DNA of 32,000 nt from Candidatus Heimdallarchaeota archaeon (GTDB lineage: Archaea > Asgardarchaeota > Heimdallarchaeia > Heimdallarchaeales > Heimdallarchaeaceae), in the NCBI GenBank assembly GCA_030668875.1, contig DAOVER010000008.1:1-32000 (forward strand), in the 5' to 3' direction. This document shows, in pieces, positions 11,270 to 23,033 of the stretch. The translations under genes were made by a program, and so were the position numbers. The notes under the pieces are model-generated. The model was not told the origin of the DNA and did no database searches. It saw nothing but the letters and a program-made list of their open reading frames with translations. The number at the start of each line of letters is the position of its first letter. Within the stretch, counting starts at the first letter, position 1.

Positions 11270-11512
11270 CTACCCCCCTCCGATAGGTGGAAACAACGAT
11301 AATATGCCGTTATTATCACTTATTGATGTTTCGGGTTTAATTTTTCTACCATTAAGTAGTATCAAATGTATCTCTGATATTTGAAAATCTAATTTTTTGA
11401 TAATTTCTTTTGCTGTAACTCCTTCTTCAAATTCCAGCACTAGAGGATTCATATCATTAATCTCTGGGTATTTTTTGCGCAACGTCGCAAAAACCTTGAC
11501 TAACACTTTCAT
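11270..11512 (-). CDS. MoaD/ThiS/SAMP-family ubiquitin-like sulfur carrier
   Basis: 80 aa, MKVLVKVFATLR...ILLNGR...LSLFPPIGGG with a C-terminal di-glycine; directly downstream of aor. Confidence 0.92.
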   Translation of the reverse strand: MKVLVKVFATLRKKYPEINDMNPLVLEFEEGVTAKEIIKKLDFQISEIHLILLNGRKIKPETSISDNNGILSLFPPIGGG

Positions 11513-11591
11513 AATTTTTCATTTTAGGATTAAAAGAAACTCGTTTAATAGCTTTGTTAAAAGAGAAAAAAAAGAAGAGGAAACTTCGATG

Positions 11592-13424
11592 TTAATTTAG
11601 TCCAAGCTCAGATATCTTGCTTACTGTGGGGATTCCATCTTCCCAACCACGTAAATGATAATATTCTTGTTTCATTGTCTCAAGGTCAACTGTTTGTCCT
11701 TCTGATGGTCCGGATGGCATCTTTTCGTCTGTCAATCTCTTTGGTAGGGTATCGTCTTTTCCTGACAATCCCAATTTATTTAATATCATACGTTCAAGAT
11801 TTGTTATTCGTTCACCTGTTTTAAGTAATTCATCAGCATTGACATCCCAGCCAGTAATTGGGCCAATCATTTCTGCATACTCATCTAAACCTAATGCGAA
11901 GGTTAGGAATAAACAATTAACAGAAGAATTTACAATACTTGTGAAATCTTGGAATGTCTTTGTAAGCTCAGCTTTTCCTTCAATAGTAAATCTATCTACA
12001 TCTCCAAGAACCTCTGCTGCGATGGTATATCCGGTAACGTGACAACCTCCTCTATTGCTTGTTGCATAATTAAGACCTATCCCTTTGGCACCTCTTGGAT
12101 CATAAGCAGGCATTTCTAGCCCCTTTACTTCCATTGACAAATCAGGAGCCCCATAATGTTGACACATCTTTCTCGATCCTTCACCAATCCAATAGCCCAA
12201 ACCTTGTCTATAAGCTGTCATCCAAGCTAATTCAACAACAGCGTCTGGATTTCCGAATTCAACTTTCAAACCCTGTGAATCATCTTCAGGTATTTTACCA
12301 TTTTGTGTTAGTTCCATTGCAGCTGCAATTGTAGAACCCATGCTTATTGGATCCATTCCTAATATGTCACAATAATGGTTTGCTCGTATAACAGCACTCA
12401 TATCACTTACAGCTGTTGAACCACCTAAAGCCCAAATGGATTCATATTCTGGACCTTCAGTATAAGACGTCTTATAGTTTCCTTTGTCAACTTTAGTTTT
12501 TCTACCGCAAGCAACAACACAACCATAACATGGGTGTTTACTAATAAGGTATTCTTCGGTTAGAGTTTCACCAGAGAGTTTTTCTGCTTCATCAAATACT
12601 CCAGATTGCCAATTTTTTGTTGGAAACAACCCATTTTGATTAACAATATTAACCAAGACAGCTGTACCATATGTTGGAAGACCTTGTCCTGTTACACCAT
12701 TCTCTTTCAACTTTTCTACGTGTTCCTTAACTTTAGAACCAAATTCTTTAGGATTGGCAATTTCAGGTTTAGCTTTACCTTCAACTATTATAGCTTTGAA
12801 ATTCTTTGAACCCATTACCGCACCTAACCCTGTTCTTCCAGCAGCTCTGTGTTCTTCATTCATAATAACAGCAATTGGAACTAAGTTTTCACCAGCTGGA
12901 CCAATACATGAAACACCAGCTCGTTTTACATTGTGTTTAGTTCTCAACCAATCTGAGGTTTCTATTGAATTCTTTCCCCAAAGCTCTGTAGCATCATGAA
13001 GCTCAGCTTTTTTATCTATCAAAGATAGATATGTAGGGCGATCAGCCTTACCAACTACGATTATACCATCATATCCAGCAAACTTTAATTTAGCGCCCCA
13101 TCGTCCACCTGAATTTCCTGAACCAATCGATCCTGTTAGAGGAGATTTAAGTGCCATTACGTGGTGTCTCCCACTGTTGGGGGATTTTGTACCTGTTACA
13201 GGTCCTGTTGCAAAAACTAAGATGTTATCGGGAGAAAGTGCATCCATTTCTTGTAGATTAATCCTTTTTTCTTCTAGTTTTTTAGCATATTCCCACATAT
13301 AGTGAACCGCTATTCCCTTGCCTCCTATGAATTTTCTAAGTATTTCATCAGAAAAAGTGAACTCTTCAAGTTCTTGAGTCGTTAAATTTACTTTTAACCA
13401 CTTGTTCATATATCCTTTTACCAT
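11592..13424 (-). CDS. aor: Tungsten-dependent aldehyde ferredoxin oxidoreductase
   Basis: FIGGKG, KSPLTG, GRTGLGAVMGSKNFKAI, CYGCVVAC (Fe-S ligands), EGPEYE, GMDPIS, RGGCH and YYHLRGW motifs. Start MVKGYMNK at ATG 13424. Confidence 0.93.
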   Translation of the reverse strand: MVKGYMNKWLKVNLTTQELEEFTFSDEILRKFIGGKGIAVHYMWEYAKKLEEKRINLQEMDALSPDNILVFATGPVTGTKSPNSGRHHVMALKSPLTGSIGSGNSGGRWGAKLKFAGYDGIIVVGKADRPTYLSLIDKKAELHDATELWGKNSIETSDWLRTKHNVKRAGVSCIGPAGENLVPIAVIMNEEHRAAGRTGLGAVMGSKNFKAIIVEGKAKPEIANPKEFGSKVKEHVEKLKENGVTGQGLPTYGTAVLVNIVNQNGLFPTKNWQSGVFDEAEKLSGETLTEEYLISKHPCYGCVVACGRKTKVDKGNYKTSYTEGPEYESIWALGGSTAVSDMSAVIRANHYCDILGMDPISMGSTIAAAMELTQNGKIPEDDSQGLKVEFGNPDAVVELAWMTAYRQGLGYWIGEGSRKMCQHYGAPDLSMEVKGLEMPAYDPRGAKGIGLNYATSNRGGCHVTGYTIAAEVLGDVDRFTIEGKAELTKTFQDFTSIVNSSVNCLFLTFALGLDEYAEMIGPITGWDVNADELLKTGERITNLERMILNKLGLSGKDDTLPKRLTDEKMPSGPSEGQTVDLETMKQEYYHLRGWEDGIPTVSKISELGLN

Positions 13425-13568
13425 TTTTTTATCTCCAAAGTAATGAATTAGTATAAATATACACAAACAAGTAAATATCTTTTTCCCAAAATGTTTATTT
13501 TTAGACTTTAAGATCAGTAAAAAGTAAGGAAAATAAGTAATAAATATTTGATTGTTTTTAGTAAATTA

Positions 13569-14900
13569 ATGGAAGAAACAGTTCACCCAAAAATAATTCA
13601 AGTTGAACCAACAAATGTCTGTAATTTCTCTTGTTTAATGTGTTTAAACACTTATAGAAAGAATAAACCTCAAATATTTTTTAGTGATGATTTATTCCTT
13701 AAACTGGCAAAAGAGAATTTCTCTTTAATTGAAAGGTTGGTTCTTTATGGACTAGGAGAACCCCTTATGCATAGAAATTTTATAAAATTTCTAATTATCT
13801 CAAGAAAATACCTACCAGAAGAATCATCAATCTTTTTCTCTACAAATGGTTCTTTAATGGATAAAAAGAAAACTGACTACATTATTGAAAACAATTTAGC
13901 TGATGAGATAGCTTTCTCTTGTGAAGCATTGGATTGGCCTGATTCTTCTTCAGTAGGCCATTCTGAACAAATCACTTCTGTAAATTCAAATTTGAAATAC
14001 TTAGCTGAACACAAAAGAAGAGAGACCTTGAAATTAGGCGTAGAAACCGTTGTATTTGAATCAAATTTTAGACAGTTACCGAAATTTGTGAAACAAGTAG
14101 GAGACTTAGGAGCAGATTATTTATCAATAAGTCAAATTTACCCATTTAATTCAGTTTTTGCTAAACAAACTCTTTATACAATGATTACTAAAGAAGCATT
14201 AAGCATCTTGAAGGAGATTGGAGAGGGAGGGTGGAATCTTATACTTGGTTACTTACAAGAACGTTTTGCTGAAAAGACACAACACACTTACAAAAATATG
14301 TACAAATTTAAGGATAATATTGTAGAAAAGAAGAGACCTAAAGCTGATCTTTATTATAAATATTTTAATCGAGCTAAAAAAGAAAATGTTCATCTTAACA
14401 TCCCTCTCTTCATGGAAGAAAAAAATAAACTTCCATTATTAAAAGAGCTAGAAGAGGTATTTATGGAATGTATAAACATTGCAAATGATTATAAATTGAA
14501 ATTAAAACTTCCTGAAATTGTACCCTCATTCAAGAAGCGAGAATGCCCCTATATTTCTTCTGAAACTACTGTAATACGCTCGGATGGAGAGGTTGTACCA
14601 TGTTTTAATTATCTCTATGACCACAGATCATTTTTGAATCAACATGAAAGATATTCTCAAGCATTCTCATATGGAAATATTAAGAATGCATCATTGAAGG
14701 ATATTTGGAATACTCACAGCTACAAAAAACACAGAGCAAAACTTAAGAAAATAAATGAAAAGATTCCATATTGTGGAGACTGTGCACTCTCAACAAACAA
14801 TTGTTTTTATGCAACAGAAGGTACTTCAGATTGCTGGGGAACTGAACCCTTTTGCTCAGAATGTCCATATAGCTTAAACCTAACAAAATGTCTTCTTTAG
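13569..14900 (+). CDS. Radical SAM/SPASM protein, probable tungsten-cofactor oxidoreductase maturase
   Basis: CNFSCLMC (CxxxCxxC), GLGEPLMH, SPASM region RECPY...DGEVVPC, Cys-rich tail CGDC...C...DCWG...CSECPY...C. Divergent from aor. ATG 13569 preferred over TTG 13548. Confidence 0.88.
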   Translation: MEETVHPKIIQVEPTNVCNFSCLMCLNTYRKNKPQIFFSDDLFLKLAKENFSLIERLVLYGLGEPLMHRNFIKFLIISRKYLPEESSIFFSTNGSLMDKKKTDYIIENNLADEIAFSCEALDWPDSSSVGHSEQITSVNSNLKYLAEHKRRETLKLGVETVVFESNFRQLPKFVKQVGDLGADYLSISQIYPFNSVFAKQTLYTMITKEALSILKEIGEGGWNLILGYLQERFAEKTQHTYKNMYKFKDNIVEKKRPKADLYYKYFNRAKKENVHLNIPLFMEEKNKLPLLKELEEVFMECINIANDYKLKLKLPEIVPSFKKRECPYISSETTVIRSDGEVVPCFNYLYDHRSFLNQHERYSQAFSYGNIKNASLKDIWNTHSYKKHRAKLKKINEKIPYCGDCALSTNNCFYATEGTSDCWGTEPFCSECPYSLNLTKCLL

Positions 14901-15059
14901 TATGTGTAATTGCATAAGTATTAAGTAAGAATATTAGAAAATGACATTTCACTTTACACGATATTGAATAATAGGAATTGAATAAGTAAAATTGAGTAGA
15001 AGAAAAAACAAAATAGTAAATTAGTCCTTATTTCGCAAAAATATATTTAAAATTCTATA

Positions 15060-15310
15060 GGATAAGTAGTATTAGTGATTAGGGAGATTGAACTTACGTC
15101 CAATCTACCCTAAGACATTAAATGAAGTTCTTTCTAGCCACTAACTACTTAGTGTCTCGGGTATCCATACATTGTTACACTTATTATGATGCTTGTGTGA
15201 AGGAATACACACTGAAGAAAAGCCTGAAAGTGTAATAAGAAGTAAGCTTAAACTCCCTCCCGTTTATCCCTTGGTTTTTATCAAATGAAGTTCTTTCTAG
15301 CTGGTGCTAG
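15060..15310. ncRNA. Candidate structured non-coding element (ncRNA or MITE-like), unidentified
   Basis: Several nested stems: 15063-15077 with 15139-15151, 15081-15090 with 15101-15111, 15175-15182 with 15228-15235, 15195-15199 with 15208-15212. Lies between two converging reading frames; no family recognised. Confidence 0.35.
15120..15301. repeat. 19-bp perfect direct repeat AAATGAAGTTCTTTCTAGC
   Basis: Copies at 15120-15138 and 15283-15301, 163 nt apart. Confidence 0.9.
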
Positions 15311-15323
15311 CATGATATTGGTA

Positions 15324-15549
15324 TCAGAGTTCTAGCTCATAACGAGAGAACGCTGGTTTACCAAATTTGAAGGAAGCAGCTTTAACATAATCCTTCAATG
15401 CTAATCTTTCACCAAAGAGCCAGATTATAAAATCCTCTACGCCATTTTCCAAAGCTATGGTAGAAGCTTTTGCAATTAGTTGTTTGAAATATTTCCCTTC
15501 GGTAGCATAGGGGGGCTCAAGAGTATCAGATTCTATATGGAAAGGAAAT
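15324..15549 (-). pseudogene. Start-less 3' gene remnant directly behind the FAD oxidase gene
   Basis: Open minus frame ...SKFPFHIESDTLEPPYATEGKYFKQLIAKASTIALENGVEDFIIWLFGERLALKDYVKAASFKFGKPAFSRYELEL* (stop 15324-15326) with protein-like composition. The only start codons are late TTGs. Confidence 0.45.
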
Positions 15550-17178
15550 TTAGAGAGTAAACATGTTACCCCTATTGAAAATAGCTTGTGGATCTAATGC
15601 ATGCTTAACGGCACGCATCTGATTCACACCTTCTTCGCCATACATGATAAGAAGATATTCAATTTTTATTTTTCCGATACCATGTTCTGCGGAAACAGAG
15701 CCTCCAAATTCAACTGCTTTTTTAGCAAATATTTTGTAGAGTTTTTTACCTAAAGCTAATTCATCCATGTTACGTGGTAGGATGTTAAGATGAATATGAG
15801 AATCACCGATATGACCCCACATAACATACTCTAAACCATGTTCGAGCATTTTGTTATGATAAAGTTTCATCATTTCTCTAAAGTGTTGATGCTCTACAGA
15901 CATATCTGTACCAAGTTTGTGTATGCTAGGATACGCGTTCTTACGCTTTGCAATTATAGCATTTACTGTTTCTGGTACTGCATGACGCATAGCTTTGAAA
16001 CTCTCCTTTTCTACTTCGTCAAATGCTGACCAACATGAATCAATTGAAGAATTACATTCCATTGCTATTTCATCTAATTTTACAATGATATCTTCTAGGG
16101 TATCTTCACTGTAGGGAATTTCGAAGAAAATAGCTGTCTTAGCATCGGAAGGAATAGTCGAAAGATTTGCTAAAGCAGGACTTGTTTTCTGTTTGCTTTT
16201 CAGAAGTTCAAAAGAGTTCTCATCGAAGAATTCCATATATTCAACATTCAAATTTGGATCATCACGGAGTTTCTCAACGAAAAGCATAGAATCATCTTCT
16301 GCTGTAAAAAACATTACATTTGGTAAACCCATCGGTTTCTTTATTATCCACAAATCAACTTCAGTGATCATACCTAAAATACCCTCATTACCTACAAATA
16401 GATCTACTAAATCCATATCAGGGGTTGCAAAGAAACCAGCTGCATTCTTAGCTGTAGGCATCTTGTAAGTAGGCACTTTTACTACTATGTCTGCCCCAGA
16501 TTTTTTGAAAACAAAAATACCATTATCAGCTTTATATTCACCACGAGTTAAATCGAGAACTTCTCCAGAGTCTAGAACAATTCGTAAATGTCTAACCCAT
16601 GGACGCATAGCACCATACTTGAATGATCTGGCACCTGATGCATTTGCTGCAACTGAACCACCTACTGCTGCTGTCATTTCTGTTGGGTCAACGGGGAACA
16701 AGTATGTTTCAGACTCTTGTTTGAATTTCTTCACAATGTTATTATTTGGATCCAGATTATGCTCATCTGTGAATTCCTTATAACGGATAACATCATCTAA
16801 ATCTTTCAAGGTTATTCCGGGTTGAATTCTCACGAAATATTTTCCTACTTCCTTATCATAACCTATTCCAAGAACAGCGGTCATCTTATCTGTAGAGATA
16901 ACTGCACCATCAAATGGAACAGCTGAACCTACAATTCCAGTTCTTCCTCCTGAGATGGTTATGGGAATCTTCTCTTCACTCATTTTATTAATGATTGTAA
17001 CAACTTCGGATTCTTTTTTAGGGAAGAACAACCATTCAGCTGAACCTCCAGCAATCTTTGATTCATCAACAACATAATCAGCATTACTTGAAAGAATTGC
17101 TTCTTTTCCTTGAACTTTTTCAATCTCTTCAAATGTGCTTTTTTCGACTTTTAAAGCTGAAATAACGTTTGCTGTCAT
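15550..17178 (-). CDS. FAD-linked oxidase, D-lactate dehydrogenase/GlcD family
   Basis: SGGRTGIVGSA, FPVDPTE..AAVGGSVAANASG, FVGNEGILGMITE, GHIGDSHIHLN and SVSAEHGIGK motifs. Confidence 0.9.
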   Translation of the reverse strand: MTANVISALKVEKSTFEEIEKVQGKEAILSSNADYVVDESKIAGGSAEWLFFPKKESEVVTIINKMSEEKIPITISGGRTGIVGSAVPFDGAVISTDKMTAVLGIGYDKEVGKYFVRIQPGITLKDLDDVIRYKEFTDEHNLDPNNNIVKKFKQESETYLFPVDPTEMTAAVGGSVAANASGARSFKYGAMRPWVRHLRIVLDSGEVLDLTRGEYKADNGIFVFKKSGADIVVKVPTYKMPTAKNAAGFFATPDMDLVDLFVGNEGILGMITEVDLWIIKKPMGLPNVMFFTAEDDSMLFVEKLRDDPNLNVEYMEFFDENSFELLKSKQKTSPALANLSTIPSDAKTAIFFEIPYSEDTLEDIIVKLDEIAMECNSSIDSCWSAFDEVEKESFKAMRHAVPETVNAIIAKRKNAYPSIHKLGTDMSVEHQHFREMMKLYHNKMLEHGLEYVMWGHIGDSHIHLNILPRNMDELALGKKLYKIFAKKAVEFGGSVSAEHGIGKIKIEYLLIMYGEEGVNQMRAVKHALDPQAIFNRGNMFTL

Positions 17179-17562
17179 TAATGTCTCATCTGTTCTTTAC
17201 TGTCACTTTGTCAGTTTCAGAGTATTAGAATAAAAAGATTCACATTTTATGGAAATTATCTCTAAATATGTTTCCAGTTTAGTACGATCATTAGTTAAAA
17301 TAGAATTTTGTTGTTTCCTACATGATATTATGATCTGTCGAATTATTTTAGATTAATTCAATCAATTCCTTCATAGGCAAATGTCTGAAATTCTTTTACT
17401 GTAATATGCTCGTTTTACTGTTAAATTGTCTACAAGAAAATTTGCAGGAAGTAATGTTTTCTGTCCTTTTTATATACACGTAAGTGGGTTCTCCTTGTAA
17501 ACATAGTCTAGTTCATATTTAATGGGTAGGAAAGAACAAAAATAAAGAAGAAGAAAGAAAAT

Positions 17563-20703
<3,141 letters not shown>

Positions 20704-20773
20704 TCATATTGTCATATTAAATGTATTGTTAATCAATTTAACAAGAGTGCAATAGATGAATATTACGGGGGTT

Positions 20774-20780
20774 TTTATAA
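20774..20780 (+). promoter_or_regulatory. Archaeal TATA box of tnpB (leaderless spacing)
   Basis: TTTATAA at -28 to -22 from ATG 20802; the same heptamer at identical spacing precedes ATG 26260. Confidence 0.5.
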
Positions 20781-20801
20781 GAAAATCAGACTAAAAAAGC
20801 G

Positions 20802-22049
20802 ATGAACAAGGTCTTACGTGCTGAATGTATAGAAGTAGACTTTCATCCACAGTTAAGCAAGCTTTGTCATCTAGCTAAAAATCTCTATAATCGAACAAAT
20901 TTTCTGATTAAAGAATCTCTGAGGAAGAAAAACAAACTCTTGTTTTATGAAGATTTAGATAAATTGCTGAAGAAGGAAGACTGTTATCGTGCCCTCCCAG
21001 CTCACACAGCACAACACACAATCAAACGTCTGTGTGGGGATTGGAAAGGATACTTTCGAGCGAAAAAAGAATGGAAAAAAGATCCAACATTGTTTTTTGC
21101 TAAACCTCAATCACCTAATTACAAGAAAAAAAAGGGAGAAATAATAGCCATCTTCAGCAACCAACAAGCAAGGATAATTAATGGTTGGTTAGTTCTACCC
21201 AAGAAAGCAGGATATTGGCACAAGACAAGATTAACGGAACAGGTAGATTTGAGAGAGGTGAGGATTGTTCCAAGGAGACCAAGATATACTCTTGAATTAG
21301 TCTATAGGAAGACCTTGCCTAAGATTATTAAGAAGAGGATTAGAAAAGGAGGAGTAGATTTAGGGATGGACAACCTTGCCGCTTTTGTGGATAACCAAGG
21401 TGGGCAACCGATTGTTATCAAAGATGCAGGGAAAGGAATAAAATCAATAACACAATATTATTTGAAAGAACAGAAGAAGTTACAAGTACAGTATAGCCAG
21501 CAGCAGAGAAAGCAACTGAAAGGAAACAATCGATTGGTATATGGTCAAACTTACTATAAACTTAAAGAGAAATGGAGGAGGAAACTGAAAGATGCTATCC
21601 ACAAATTAACCAAATATTTGGTTGATGTGTGGGTGGAAAGAGGACTCCATGAGGTGGTGATAGGTTACAACCCTCTCTGGAAACAGAATCTTCATTTCTG
21701 GAAAAAAACCACCCAGATGTTCGTCACCATCCCTTTTCTAAGAATTATCAATATTCTAAAGTACAAAGGAGCAGAACGAGGAATAAAGGTGGAGACTATC
21801 CCTGAGAAGTACACTTCCAAATGCAGTTTCTTAGATAATGAATTTCCTAAATTTCACAGGAAGTATAAGGGGAAAAGAATCTATCGAGGGTTGTTCCGAA
21901 CTGCTCAAGGACACTTAATCAATGCTGATGTTAATGCTGCTTACAATATTTTAGTTAAAAGCGATCCGAAAGCCTTGCCTAAACGCACGGTGAACGGGGT
22001 AGGAGGATACGTGATGTATCCCCAGAGAGTGAGTATAGAACTACTCTAG
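20802..22049 (+). CDS. tnpB: IS200/IS605-family RNA-guided endonuclease TnpB
   Basis: AKNLYN, GVDLGMDN (RuvC-I Asp), VVIGYN..WKQ, PEKYTSKCS (rearranged RuvC-II Glu), RGLF...INADVNAAYNI (RuvC-III Asp). Confidence 0.92.
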   Translation: MNKVLRAECIEVDFHPQLSKLCHLAKNLYNRTNFLIKESLRKKNKLLFYEDLDKLLKKEDCYRALPAHTAQHTIKRLCGDWKGYFRAKKEWKKDPTLFFAKPQSPNYKKKKGEIIAIFSNQQARIINGWLVLPKKAGYWHKTRLTEQVDLREVRIVPRRPRYTLELVYRKTLPKIIKKRIRKGGVDLGMDNLAAFVDNQGGQPIVIKDAGKGIKSITQYYLKEQKKLQVQYSQQQRKQLKGNNRLVYGQTYYKLKEKWRRKLKDAIHKLTKYLVDVWVERGLHEVVIGYNPLWKQNLHFWKKTTQMFVTIPFLRIINILKYKGAERGIKVETIPEKYTSKCSFLDNEFPKFHRKYKGKRIYRGLFRTAQGHLINADVNAAYNILVKSDPKALPKRTVNGVGGYVMYPQRVSIELL

Positions 22050-22232
22050 TTCTATATGCCGACCTCTATGAACCTAGCTCAACCAATGTAGTCTACTATA
22101 ACTACATGACAAAAACCCATCATGAATTGTTGTTATTCAAACTTTTTGTTTTATTTAATTCTGATGTAAAAAGAACTAATCTATTTTGAACGCAGACAAA
22201 TTTCTTATTAATGAATACATATTTGTTGATAT

Positions 22233-23033
22233 ATGACCAAAATAAACCCTCTAAAGCTCACTGAATCTATCTGGGATTATGCATCAAGTGAGAAATCCTC
22301 ACACATATCCTTCATCGACTTTGACTCCTATTTAGTGATGGTAGATACAGGGATGGATGTTGAAAAAACAAAAGAGTTCAGAAAATTTGCTGAAAAGACT
22401 ACAGATAGAATCTTCCAGAAGGTTATCATAACACACTATCATGGTAATCACACCTTTGGTACTAATGTTTTCAAGGATTGTGAAATTATTTCTACTCAAG
22501 CAACAAGAGATCTTCTTGCTCAAGAAGTGGAAGGTGATTACAAAGATAAAAATATCATCTTACCTAACAAAACATTTTCTGGTGAATACGAGCTTAAAGA
22601 AGGTAATAAAACCATAAAAATAATTGAAACAAATGGTCACACAAAGGGTAGTGCTTTTGTGTATCTTCCAGAAGAGGGAGCAATTTTGACTGGAGATTTG
22701 CTGTTTGCAGATATGTTTCCTTTTGCTGGGGACCCCACTGTTAATCCCTATGAATGGATTGATGCTTTACAAAAAATGATTGACTTAAAACCTAACATCG
22801 TAATTCCTGGTCATGGTCACATTAGTTCCATAACTGAATTAAAATCACAGAAAAAAGTGTTGGTGAACTTAGTTAAAATCATCGAAGACATGATGACACA
22901 GAAATTGAGCGTTCAAGAAATAAAGAAATCTCCAAGATTACCCAGGTATGATCATGATGTCAATGAAAGATGGTTCAATATGACAGTTGACCGTTTTTAT
23001 GAGGTAATTAAAGAAAAAAGGAAAGAGAAATGA
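22233..23033 (+). CDS. Metallo-beta-lactamase-fold hydrolase
   Basis: VMVDTG, THYHGNH (HxHxDH variant), GHTKGS, TGDLLF and IPGHG motifs. Confidence 0.88.
   Translation: MTKINPLKLTESIWDYASSEKSSHISFIDFDSYLVMVDTGMDVEKTKEFRKFAEKTTDRIFQKVIITHYHGNHTFGTNVFKDCEIISTQATRDLLAQEVEGDYKDKNIILPNKTFSGEYELKEGNKTIKIIETNGHTKGSAFVYLPEEGAILTGDLLFADMFPFAGDPTVNPYEWIDALQKMIDLKPNIVIPGHGHISSITELKSQKKVLVNLVKIIEDMMTQKLSVQEIKKSPRLPRYDHDVNERWFNMTVDRFYEVIKEKRKEK

Noticed and set aside
15081-15260. Resemblance to RNase P RNA (GAAGTTCTT could pair with AAGCTT; AGAAGTAAGCTTA resembles the 3' conserved region)
   Set aside because: No GAGGAA motif, only about 130 nt between the putative conserved regions, and a stronger local hairpin competes. 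Left to a cmscan check.
15120-15301. Possible mini-CRISPR array
   Set aside because: Only two 19-bp copies with a 144 nt gap, and no cas genes in the window.
17180-17560. 385 nt gap with short protein-like minus-strand fragments
   Set aside because: Multiple stops in all frames and no recognisable motif; cannot be told apart from AT-rich intergenic DNA.
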